Origin: Fimbriosthenelais zetlandica
Taxonomy: Eukaryota
Direction: 5' to 3'
Length of the DNA: 64,000 nt
Assembly: GCA_977030845.1 (NCBI GenBank)
Contig: OZ365111.1
Location: 45,756,001-45,820,000 of the forward strand
Within the stretch, counting starts at the first letter, position 1. Every line of letters begins with the position of its first letter. Positions 1 through 12,437 of this stretch are shown here, piece by piece. A program made the position numbers and the translations under genes. Below the pieces are notes generated by a model, which worked only from the letters and a program-made list of their open reading frames with translations, was not told where the DNA came from and did not search any database.

Positions 1-9
1 GATTGTCTT

Positions 10-100
10 ATCGCCATGGCAACCGAGGTCACCAGGCTAGCGCCATTGTTTGTGACTTCCGGCAGGGAGTTCCGGTTGCAAAGGGATCCATGGCGGAGCG
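10..100. promoter_or_regulatory. Promoter-like motif cluster: RFX X-box-like, two ETS sites, YY1-like
   Basis: ATCGCCATGGCAAC (10-23; minus strand GTTGCCATGGCGAT), ACTTCCGG (55-62), GTTCCGGT (69-76), CCATGGCGG (88-96), in a CpG-rich first ~460 bp. Confidence 0.45.
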
Positions 101-1639
101 GAGTCGTTCATTTATTTGGCCACGTTTAGGCTAGGATAAGCATGCTGTCTAAATACATGTCGGGCGGAAAACGTTCCACACCAAATGGGACTATATTTGC
201 ACGGCGCATGATGTGCCGGCGTGCCACTTCTCAAAGATAGTGCGTGCCAGCAAGACCAGATCAATACGCGCCCCCTAAGACAAGTTCACTGTGGATTGGA
301 GGCCTATTGAGGTGCAGATAAAGGCGGCTTACATTCGCCTCATAAATCCCCAAATTGGCTGATAATGGGTGCATGGTGGAGAGGTGAGGTGTAAGCCTGT
401 AGGGCGTAGGAATATAACAGGCAACACGGCTGAATGTGTCGTCTGCCGCGACAAGACCTAGACCTCATTTCCTCCATCGATCAAATGGCATCACAGCTCT
501 AATATCTCCAACCAGAGATGAAAGGATTCCATACTCTGTCGCCCTCAAACTGGAATTTATAATATCGAATATTTTCCAGATTTTGAAACCGACGTTGGTT
601 TAATAATTGGGAATTTTGGTCTTTTGATAAAGTTGGGTTCAATCTCTTTTACCACTCGAGATTGCTTCATCACTCAGTGGAAAGGAGTAACTTTTTATTA
701 TCATCCTTGGTGATTTTTCCTCTCCATCGATGTTTGTCCATATCTGGCCGGGACCAGAGCCGCTGCTGTACATTACTTATAAATTTATAGGCTGTGTTTC
801 CCCCTGCCGAGAAGGCAGAAGGATGACATGTCATCCGCGCCCTGCCCTCATTTCCTATATGAAAGGTATCTCATGGAAAGGCATTTCCTCTCAGCTTCCT
901 CAGACAAAGCTATTTCCATTCCTCCCCATATCGATAAATCATGAACCCTTTATGCTTCGCCCTTTACCGCCATTTCTATTACAGGAAGTGGGGATCTGGG
1001 AGCCATGAATCTTTGACAGTCTTCCTTAGCCAGCCAGGCCCAGGCTTGATGTGGCTTTAGGGCCTATCTCTTCTGCTCCTTCCAAAATATTACTTTATCC
1101 TATCGCTTCGTTCGTGTTGGTTATAAAGAAAATATAGGTCCCTGTTGATATGGATCCCTGGAAATATAGACGCGTCTTCAAGCTTTGTTTTGAACTATAA
1201 GGCATTCGTTCGTTCAATTCAGAATAATCAATGGTTTCTATTTTAAGATATACAGTTAGGATGTGCTTTCTATTTTAGAGTACATTTATATGTATACTTA
1301 AGCTTGGGGGATATATGCCCAAAACAGCAATTGACAAAAACACCAATGGTAAAACCGTATTTGTCAAAATGTAAATACATTCAGAAATTCAGCCCTGAGA
1401 GTTCCCTGTCCTAGATGAGGAGTGAGGGAAATGGAACATGGAAGTCATATTTCAACTCTAATCTCCCTGGTCAAAATATAATTCACCATTACCGCTGGTG
1501 AAAACAATGGGGGAAAATGCAACCCTCAAAGAGAGAGAGGATGATGTAGGGGTTGGGATTAAGAGCCTCGGGGTCATACTAATGGCCATCCCAATGACTG
1601 GCGACATCACTCCCACCTAATCCCCTGGCATTAATGGTG

Positions 1640-2220
1640 ATGACAGAAAATGTTCTCCCGGACAGACGCGACCCACTAATTTTATTTATGCGCTCTCACT
1701 ACACATCGGCTTAACATGTTTATTAGGATAATTGATCTATTTTGGGGGCTGGCGTATGGCCCCAGGGTGTCCCCCCTTATGGTTTTTCACATAACCCATC
1801 ATCTTAATGCTGTGGACACATGATTTATGGCTCTTCATATATAGATCCATTGGGGTTGCGTGGACAATTTTTATGGTGCTTAACCGACAAATGACATGGT
1901 TCAATAACCTTACATGCCTATTTTATTACTGAGAACATAATTTTTTGAAAATTGGTTAATTCATTTATGTAGCACTCAATGGGGAACTTTTCATCACAAA
2001 TGGGAACAAAAACTATCATACTATGGAGGGGGCCATGAAAGCAGGCCGTGACCCCTGACCTGTGATAAGTAGGTCAGAGTGAGGGTTAGCTTTATTGTCC
2101 GGCTGTGTCAGCTGGGGTAGAGTTATGAAGACATTCTGACATGAATCATAAATCAGTGGACAGTGGACCACCCATGCCCTCCTAACACAGGGATCAAGCC
2201 CCCTGTGGTCAGGGGCCATT
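1640..2220. promoter_or_regulatory. Candidate enhancer: Pbx-Hox composite sites, Meis site and nuclear-receptor DR1
   Basis: TGACAG 1641-1646; TGATTTATGG 1821-1830; TCATAAATCA 2146-2155; several TTTATG; TGACCCcTGACCT (DR1) 2049-2061; AGGTCA 2071-2076. Confidence 0.5.
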
Positions 2221-2883
2221 CTCTATCCTCCACCCATTCCGGCCTGAGATTTAAACCTTTCCTCCTATTTAATATTCATCCTGATACCCTTTCTATGGAC
2301 CTCCACTACCCACCTGCAAAGTAGCAGGCATTGAATATTTATGTTGATAACCCTGAGTGGCTGTCCCCGCCCGTGCACTGTAGATCATTCAGATTCCTTC
2401 CATTATCGCCCATATTCTATGAGGAATAATTATGGCAAGTGAGTAAGTAGTATATGGGATTGACTCATTGATGAAGGTACATATAGTCTGTGCCACCTCA
2501 TGTAGCCCTGTATCAGTATGTGCTAGGTTAAGTATATCATACTCAACTCAGGGTGTCACCAGATATAGGTATTAATCTCTGTGCCCTAGTACCGTCCGCA
2601 TCCATATTTTACCACAGAACAAAGTCGCGTCAGAAGCAGCCTTTGTCATGATTGATATGGTAATAAATAATTTATTATTGTATGAACCCCATTTGCTACC
2701 ACAGTCAATTGGGAAGCTTCATACGCAAGGACAAGTCAGACGACATTCTAGCTGTCAATTGCCTTAACACTTTTACAGTTATTAATTGTCCAAGTGTTTG
2801 GCTTTGCCATAATCACCCCTGAGTTTTATTTATAAGAATCAAATATTTGAGCTATAACACAGAAACTAAAAAAGAATATTTAG

Positions 2884-2905
2884 AAATGGCGGCCATCTTG
2901 GATTT
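2884..2905. promoter_or_regulatory. Back-to-back YY1-type motif AAATGGCGGCCATCTTGGATTT (possibly a DNA-transposon remnant)
   Basis: AAATGGCGG on + and CAAGATGGCCGC on -. I recall this string being common in non-autonomous DNA transposons, but no terminal inverted repeats were found. Confidence 0.35.
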
Positions 2906-5900
2906 GGGCATGATTGCACTTATTAGGTACAGGTCTATATAGCAATTTTCATGCAAAAAGTGAACGATTAAGCCCAAATAGCTGTACTATTCTGAACCTT
3001 TTTAATCACGGACCAACAGTGATTTCAGTAAGAGTAAGAAAAAACAAGTGTACTACAGTTTTTACAGTTGGCCTATATAGAGCTGATGGTTGAATTATTT
3101 GTCAGTAGTAGCAGGTCTATCTGCAGCCGCAGGCTGTGCCGGACACAACCTTCATCAGATCCAATTGGTGTGGGGTTTGTGGGCCATTACCTACCACAGT
3201 GGATCAGTGCATACAGTCTGTTGAGCATTTGAAATAACCCCTCCGGCCCAATGCACAGCCCGCTTATCGCGTATAAACGGCCGCATGGCATGCCTCGCAT
3301 GCATTTTACAATGCCGAGCCAGCATAGCACATGGACAATTATGTTATTTTGTAATTGTATGGACAGATTGTTAGGGGTGGTCCTGTAGGCTGGTGGTGGA
3401 GAAGAGGGCCCAGGAGGAAGCATTGCGTATGTAGAGTAGGGTGGGAGTTGTCATTGTGTATGCAGGTGGGCTGGTCATATTCTGCCAGAATGGCCCCCGC
3501 TGGACGCATAGCGTACAATCGCCACCCCATAAAGGCCGGCAATGTGCCTCTAGTGCAGTGATCCACCTTCTGATTGGACCATGTCCCCCTCGTAAGGGAC
3601 TCTGCTTGTGTGGGGGCAAACTGTTCAAATTAGAATAAGGGAAAGTGCAGGCACAAGCCTCCAGTTCCCAGCTTGTAAAGATATGCGCAGACTTTCCCTC
3701 CTGAATGCTTGTTGCATTGAAGATGCCTTGCTTATGTGTTTAGGGATCAAGCCTTCAACTTGTCAGTGGAAGGCCTTGCCCCCCAATACACTGCTTGCTG
3801 CCCTCAGATCTCAAAGTGTCTCGCTTGACCTCGAGGTCATAGACCTGATCAATGCTCAGTCAGTAATGTGCTGATTCGCACCAATTCCCTGCGGCCATGT
3901 GCTGATAGTTTTTGATAACGGGCCCCAGCCTAGTGAGGTATGTCGCCTGGCGATAAGGCCCAGCCTGATTCTACACTGGAATGGAGATTGAAAACGACCG
4001 ACGAGAGCCCAGAGGGAACGCCGCTTGCCATGCGTGCAAAATGTTGGTTGGCCTTTTATCGTATTGAGAAAAACCTGTGCAAGGGGGTGTCAAAGGAGGG
4101 GCACGTAAGTGGTTTGGGAATTGCACACAGCGTACACCCATTCCCAGAGCACACAAAACAAGCCAGGCGACGAAATGAAATTTGGTGATGGGGACAAGAT
4201 GGGGGAGTCTCCTTGGAGACTGACATAGTCACTGGGACATCAGGCCATGTAAATGTGGCGCACCGCTGATATGGTTACTTGACCCAGGCCTGGGCTTAGA
4301 GACACTACTCCCTAAAGACTGAGAGGAAAAAGACATCCACATCTTGTCTACTGATTGAGATCCCAGACTCATTGACCTAACATGTTTCCTGCCAATGAAA
4401 AGAACATAGCAACATGCCTGGTTGTAATCGATGGTTCAGTCTAGAAATAAATCAACTCTGTCTGAGGATGCAATATTTTACCTGGAGGTGGTTATTACTT
4501 GAAAATATAAGGGATTTCTCATTCAGAATGCATCTTTACTTTGAAGGGAATGTATAAATAATATTCATTATGCTTTAGTTAGCTCACAGTCTCTTGCTTC
4601 CGAGTCATTAAATTTTCTTAGCGGGGCGCAACCACATTCCATCATAATTACTCCACTATTCCCCCTAATCCATGACTCAAATACATTTAATGACATTGAA
4701 AGACGTCGTATCCACTTAATTCCTCAGCCATAACTTCAAACACACCTCCGCTGAATTTGGCAAGAAAATCAATCCTGAATTTTCTCCAACCAACCTTGCC
4801 TGCAGCGTGAATTGCCAGAAGAAATTAATCTCGCTCAAGAAATTCCCCTCCACAAAACATTGTGGGTAATGTCTTGATTGACGAGTCTTGTGGGAGGAAG
4901 AAGCCATTTCAACATCAATACAAAGAATCCTCCCTCTTTTTAAAAGTCTGATTACAATAAAACAAGACACATCCATTGATTTGAAAGGCAGTTAAAAAAA
5001 TCATACTCGGATGGCTTGAAATTCAATTCAATCCAAAGAAGGGATTTGTATTTCAAAAGCCGAAGGCGAGTTGTCTCTTGAAGTGTTAAGATTGTGGTTA
5101 AAGGGTTAAAAGTAGTGCCTGACAAGGCGAGTAGATGTGGGATCACAGTGTTCCCACATGGACCCTGCCGCGGGGCGAAGCCACATCAACCTGGTGCACA
5201 ATAGCATTTGTCTGCGCTGATAGGGTCCTTGGTGAAGCCAGTGACACTGAAATCTGTAGCTGGGTCCAGGTCCCTGCCCTGGGCTCCCGTGTCACTTCAT
5301 TGTCACTCTCCTGCAAGACAGTTCGGGGACAACATTAGTCCCTTAGGCATCACCACTAAGCCGGAAAATTTGGCTGTCATGAAAATTCCCTCTGCAGCTT
5401 TCAGAAAAAAAGATCTTCTTTGAGGGGGTTAAGGACTCGAAAATGAGGGAAGCCACTTAAGTGGATTTCCAAGATTGATGGCGGTCTTGAATATAATTCT
5501 CCAGCCGCCATTAAAGATTATTTAACGGTGGGAGCAATTTGAAACGCTGCGGAGGATATTTTGTGGATTTACTTGGAGTCTGAATGCTTTTTGTAGACGG
5601 CGGTGGATTGGAGCAGATGGAGAAAGGGAATGAAGCTGCTTCTGAGTTCCCAAGAGAAGCGATTCATTGATTAAACTGGCTCTTCCCTTCATTTAGGTGA
5701 ATATCATTGGCTCGCCTTTAAGATCCTGGTATTAAGGGGGAGACTGGAGCGAGCATAGCAACACACCAAAACACATTGAATCCTTTAAGGAAGCAAACAA
5801 TGCCGCTGCTTGAGTCTCCCTGAGATACTAATGTATTTTAAATTATTTCCTCGCTCGAAACTGCGGTTTTTTTTCATCATAGTCATTTTGAAGGAGTGTT

Positions 5901-8900
5901 GTTGTTTTGTCTGAAATACAGAGAAGACCCGCATAAGTATGTTTAATGATAAATTGGTACATCAGATAAATCTTAGATCACTTAGTCTTCAATTACAGCC
6001 GTGTCCTATGATCATTTACATTGGATAAAGGGACGGAAGCCATTAATATGTTTCTCTGGCCCGTTGTCAAGCGTATCCAAGAAGAAAGACTTCAATCATT
6101 GATTTCCCAAAATCAGTCGTGCCGAATGCTCATCAAACACACGTAATGACAAGAACGCTCTACACTTTTGCCTCCATGTTTCCTTCATCGGACCCACTTT
6201 CACTGAGATTTAATGATTTAATGGGTCATTAGGATATTAATTAGTCATTACCATGTAGGTTGACTCATCTCTTGTCTGTTGGTGGGGAGGAGGATGGGGG
6301 AGGGGGTGTGGGACTTTTGGCATGGATCCCGCTATAACTATCTAACACTCACACAAGGTTTAATTACAGATGTAGAGATCTGATGGCCCTATAATTAGTT
6401 CAGTAGTTGATTTTGTAGGAAGATATCAGTAGTAATATACCCAGACCTACTCTGAATTACATCCAGCAATCACGCCTCTGATCCATCCAAGACTTTTTTT
6501 CACTATCGGCCAAATAACTGCTTCGGTTTGCCTTGCGGTTGTTATTTTCAAAGCAATTACTTTGCTCTGCTTGCCAGAAGGTTGATCTTAAATAACTCCA
6601 CTGTTTAAATGGAGAAAAAACGTCTCCTTTTAACAGACCACCCTCAGCATTACAAGTTCTCGTGCTTTTAGAATTTTTATTCCACCACTCAAAATGTTGG
6701 AAAAGATGTGTTTGGGAAGTGCTCAGGTTCAAACTTGATTGTCTATAATGGCCTGCTGGAGAGGAGTGACAAGTAGAAGGCTAGATCCTTCCTTGCTTAC
6801 TGACATTGTACAACACCTCTGGAATTTCAGCTTGATCCTTTCAGTGCATTGCTTTTGGGACCATTGCCCATCCAAATACACTACATGGGGCTCATTCACA
6901 CGCCGACGTGCCACCTTCAACGACTCTCAAGTGTCTCGTTATTAAAATATAACACGTTATGAAAAACCTGTTTCCAGTTTGCACACGGGACAAAAGCCTC
7001 GTATCGGCTTTGCCTGAGGAGGCTCTGGATGATACTCGGTGCAACTTTCAGGCCATCCAAGTGGTTGTTCCCCAGCCACAGCTGCCAAGATTAGAGCTTG
7101 TTCTCCAAGTTTAATACCTGATTTAGTCAAATAATGGAGGGTTTAACGAGTGTGAGTACTCATTAAAGGATTTTCATCCACCAGACGGCGACCCTTGACA
7201 ATTGGTATATTGAGCCGGATAACTTGTGTCTGAAGTACTTAAGTCAAAGTGAAGGAAACCTTTACTTAAGCCAATCATTAGGCTACTTACAACATTTCAA
7301 GACCAGTCATTATAAGCTTAAACAGAGTGTGTGGTTTGACATTATAACTGAAAAAGATTACTCCGGCAATTAGTAAGTTAAAGATTGGCCCGAATGTTTA
7401 GTAATTTTATTGCATCATGAAATGTACTCTAGACTCGCAGTTCGTGCCAAATCCCTTTGAATTGGAAGGCTTGTGAATTATTTGCATTCTGCGGTAAAAA
7501 TGTGGTGTTAGGGATGAGGCCAAGCACAGAGCCTGCAATGGAAGGCAAAGCATTGTGTCAACGATATATTCATGTATCGTGTGTCATCTAACCCCCCTCC
7601 ATTGCCTGGTGGATTTTATGTGAATAGACAAGTTCATATAGAGCCTGGCGACGCATTTATAAAGTGGGATCTATCGCTTGGATGCCAGCTAATGCCGTGT
7701 GATTTGAAATTGACCTAGCTGACATTATTCACTCGACAAAAGCTTATTTTGAGCGATGCTCAAATCCCCTGGGATGAAGAAGCGAACGCCTATCTAAGTC
7801 TCGCTGCGATGGGAAGAGATTAAGTCCCTTCTGAGACAAGAATCTATCACCCAGGCAGCTTGTCAGCTAAAGGCTTGGTAATCTGGGGATTACATGCTGC
7901 TAATGACGCTCGTATGCTGTGAGGGGGGTCTTAAAGCCTGCTGAAAACTGGCGATGGATCCAGGTCTAACAAGATGGATATTCTAGATTAAGCATGGCTA
8001 CAGTTTAGCTTCCTGATAACCAGACCGTTAATCATGTATATTTAAAGACTTCTATCATGTATGGAATGTTAACTCCCAGAGGGGATTCCATGTGCCGAGT
8101 GGTGGTGTGGTGTGGGGAGTCTATATACCCCCATTACTCATGCATGGTCTTGGTCCTTCAATGGAGTTAATCTGCAAAGTGATGGTTTTCCTTATGTACC
8201 GGCAGACATGGCTTGTCAGGAGGCACATGAATCATCCTGTCACATCGAGGGTGTAAAGCACCTATAGCTTATTCCTAGCAGGACTTGCTTGCATTATAAT
8301 AACAAATGGCTCTGTCAGGGAAAGCCTTCCGAGGTCAGCATGTACAAATGATGGACTCGATCATCAGTCTCCACTCGCCCTCAACTTGCCTGACATCTTG
8401 ATAGATACGAGGGAATCCACTCTCTAACAAGACTGCTTTACAAGCAAATAGAACCAGGCCTGCAGAAAGGTCCATGCAAACTGCTTTATTCAAAGGAAAA
8501 CGCTAGGCAAACTCTATAAGCCAAATTAAGGGGTCATCTTTTGTACAGATTTGTATTCTGCCTCTATGTTCGACCGTGGACTACGCATGCAAGTAATCAG
8601 ACCCCAAAACCATTGAAATAATATTTGAAAATATTATATGTCCATGAAAATTATGAACATCCTTTTCTACTATGGCAAAGTACATATGATTTGGTCATCT
8701 TAAATAGCTTTATAATCATAATATTCATAAAGATGACTGGATGTAGTGTATTGCCTTGGGGAATTGCCCTCGGGGGAAAATGGAGCAATGACAGAAGGCA
8801 ATCAAGCATCAGCGTCAAAGTGCATATTGATGATATCATTTGTAAGAGCAGATAAGAGCAGAGAGTTTGGTAATCGACCATTTATTGATGAATAAAACAC

Positions 8901-11900
8901 GAGTTGTCTCCGACCTCTGACTCGTGGACTTGGCCGAGGCTATATTATATGCTTCTCTCCATATGTATTCATCACCGCTAGTGTTGGTGCATTATGAAAT
9001 AACAATTTACCAACACATGTGAGTTACTTTGGCCATTGGTCAAAACCTATATACAAGGCCTAACAAAGGGTTAGCATTACCATATGGCGTGACATCTATC
9101 AGGTAAAAACACTCAGGTAAAAACAAGCATTTGAGCCTGTTTGCGTAAAAGATTGCATTACATATAGAAGTTCTAACAGGGCCATGTTTTCATGTTTTGA
9201 CTGATACTTGGTACCCAGCAGGTAAAATCGTCTGCTGTTCAAATGGCATGTTATGTAGTTTTCCCTTCCCTTGTCATTTGAATCGTTTCCAGAATGGCGT
9301 AGAAGCTTAAGCCAAGAAATAACCTCGCCAATGTGTATGGCCAATTGCCTGGGGACAGGCTCAGATCAGCGAATGTAAACCACAGGCTCCTTACCTCAAT
9401 CTACATGGAAAGAATCCCCTGGGGCTCTCAATTTGGTAACTTCAGAATTTGGCAGTTTACCCAGTCACAGGGTTCAAAGGGAACTACAGAGGGAAGTAAA
9501 ACGTGTACGCCCAAACTTGTAACAGATACACCAAGTGTGTATAGTGAGGAAAGTTTACTTAATTCAGTCTGCCTTCTTAGGAAGTCTATTAAACTTCTTG
9601 AAGTCCTCTGTACTTTCATGGTCCCCTAGAAGCACCTCGGCTGCTTAAGCATGCGTCTACACGTACGTTTCACATTCAACACTGTTGGAATAGAGAATTA
9701 GAGCACAGAGGGCATAGCATTGGTGAATATTTCCATAATTGTTCGACTTGAACACAAATGGCCGTTTTACTCTGTCCATAATTTATTTTCATTGCAATTT
9801 AAATAATTGTCAAGTAGCCAAAGGTGGAGTGGTCTGAATCTGTGAGTTGGAACTGACGTCAGAGTTCATGCCCAACTGTTTTCAGTCCACTTTAACTCCA
9901 TAGAAGTGTGGAGGAGGACTTTAGAGCTGCCACCTAAGTATATATATCCCTCCTTCTCACAGTTTGTACGGCTTCCCTGCATGAGCTCCTTGGAAAGTGA
10001 TTGTATTTCCATTGGCAGTCTCCTACTGGCCGACTCAAAACTGAATCGTTTCATTGATACAGGGACATTTATACATCCACAGATCGGGAAGCAGGACGTT
10101 CCAGTTCCACTCAACAAGTCCAGGTTTAAATTACAGAAGCAGTTATCCTTCTGATACTGCCTGAAATGTGTTAAATCACCGCAGACGAGGAGGGCGTTCT
10201 GCCAACATTTCTGTGTAATACAATGTGATTCGTTATATATATTGTTCAGGACACAACTACACGCATTGCCGAAGTTTCTGTCTATTGTGTATTTGTGAGG
10301 ATTTTATTCCCATGGATTACTGTAAGTGTTTGGGATACCTCTATAGTGACAATAATGACTGAGTGACAGAGAAAGGAAATTCATCTTTATATCCTTCAAT
10401 ATGAGATAATTATCGTTCGTGAAAAGCATGGAATTAGTAGTATTTGATTCAGGTAAGTCTAAAAGCATTTATGAAAAGGCTACAGTCATTTACTGTTACG
10501 TTAATTACAAAGAACCAAATCAAAAAACGTTTACTGTATTTAGAACCATCTACCGTGTGGAGTGCTTGCAAATTTAAATTTCATGCAGCCCACTGTGGCT
10601 GTTGTGCCATTACTAAGCATCTCATCCCCTGGAAGAACTGAAAAGTAATCATACTCAGCAGCTGGGTTCTGTTTCAAAATCCCCTTTAGAACATACATCA
10701 CACTGTATTCTATTGACAGTTCATCCCCCTTGAGAGCAATGCTTAGATGAATGTGTTTTTGCCGCAGTCCCTTTTGGGGAAGAACGACCGTCTAGGATTG
10801 TGTATCTCCTTCTCGTTTAAAGCTACAAAGTCTTTAAAGGTCAGACGTTCATCCCCTGGGAGTAATACCTTTATTAGAAGGAAACTTGTTGAATACCCAG
10901 AGGGTTTAGAATGCCATCTTGGAAGTCTTTCATTCGGAAGCAATCGATTTCATTGGAAAGCATAGAAATTGCCATTGGCTCCACCCAATGGAGCCCTGAA
11001 ACAGGTAGACTGCTCATATTCCCATGATAGATTTTTGATGCATAGCTATCACCATAGCAATTGCTTAGATTGCTTTGCACCATCAAGCAATGTAGAAGGC
11101 ATCAATGCTTTGCTGGCTATGGCCTCGGAGGCCTACTTGGCTCCATACCTGGCAGGTGCTTTGGCAGGTGCGAGAGGTATGCTGTGCCATCCAGGTGAAC
11201 TTGGGAGTGGTGGTCTATATACAACCATAGAGGCATACATGGCCTAATCACCCCATATTCAAACCAGCATTAAAAGGCTCCAAATGTTTGTGGACTAACC
11301 CTACACTCTCTCTCCTCTCACTCTTCAGTCACTCGGGTTAAGCACTGAGAGCCTTAAGTATTTTGTTAAGGGAGTGGGTAATGTACTCCATTGTGTAGAC
11401 AACCTACCATGGCTGCTGGCATTTTTTGAAAAGTACTGGTCAGGCACATAATGAAAGTAAACCTCTGGCTCTGTCAGAGGTTTTGTTAGTCCTAAGTCTA
11501 TATGTCAGCGCTGACTCAAGAGTTGACACTGCCTCGCTGACAGACGAGAACTGACGTTTACTAATTTGTAGAGTAGAGTTAACTTGGCACTGACAGTGGT
11601 AGTAATCTAGCTTTAATGGCATTTTGCTGTCAACACAACAGCCTTGCAGGCCTAGTGTTAGCTCTTAAAGAGGTTTTTTTATCCTGGCTCAATTGAAGTT
11701 TTGGCAGGATTTAATGACAGATCCTCTTGGTCCATGTTTATAATGCAAACAGGGATCATTGGGTTAAGAATATAGAAGTGGTGTAGCGGCCAAAGCCCCC
11801 CAGGGGTCAAAGAGGATTAATATTTGTATTCCTAGACCGATCAGTCATTATCTGGTTGAATTTACTTTGGTCAACAGTCCGAGGGGCTATCAGATGTCCT

Positions 11901-12399
11901 TAGCCTTAATCAGAAAAGCTCCCACCGATTGAACTGGCCCATGAAATGCGCTTGAATTCCCCTATACCATTTGAATGTTGCCAGATTCTGCTTGGGAATA
12001 ATAAAACATGCCAATAAATGGTTCATACCTTCCCTTTATGCCTATAGGTCTTTCTGATCAGGCTTTGGGTATGGATTCACCAGAAAGCTGCGCATTTAAT
12101 GCAGATAAAAGTTTCGGCACTGCCAGGTACATACAAAGCATATGTAAATGCAGCCTTTTAATCCTGACCCTGGCCTTTGTTGCCAACTGAGTGAAGTGTC
12201 CACAGTCTCCAGTCACCCAGGGAGACTTCTCCTATTCCCACACCAGGCCCCGTGAGCTCTTGAGCTTATGGCTCATCTTGTCTTTGGGCCAAAAGGCAAA
12301 CAGGCTCTTCTGTTGGCTGAACATGAAATTCAAGAGTGATTTGTGCTAATCCCTGGGTAGCTGGGGGAGTGAGAGGAGGAGGCTTTTGTGGCAGTTATC

Positions 12400-12437
12400 G
12401 GGGTTGGGGAGGAGGGGGGTGGGGGGGGGGGGGGAGG
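12400..12437 (+). repeat. G-rich tract with G14 run (G-quadruplex potential)
   Basis: ggggttggggaggaggggggtgggggggggggggg. Confidence 0.85.
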
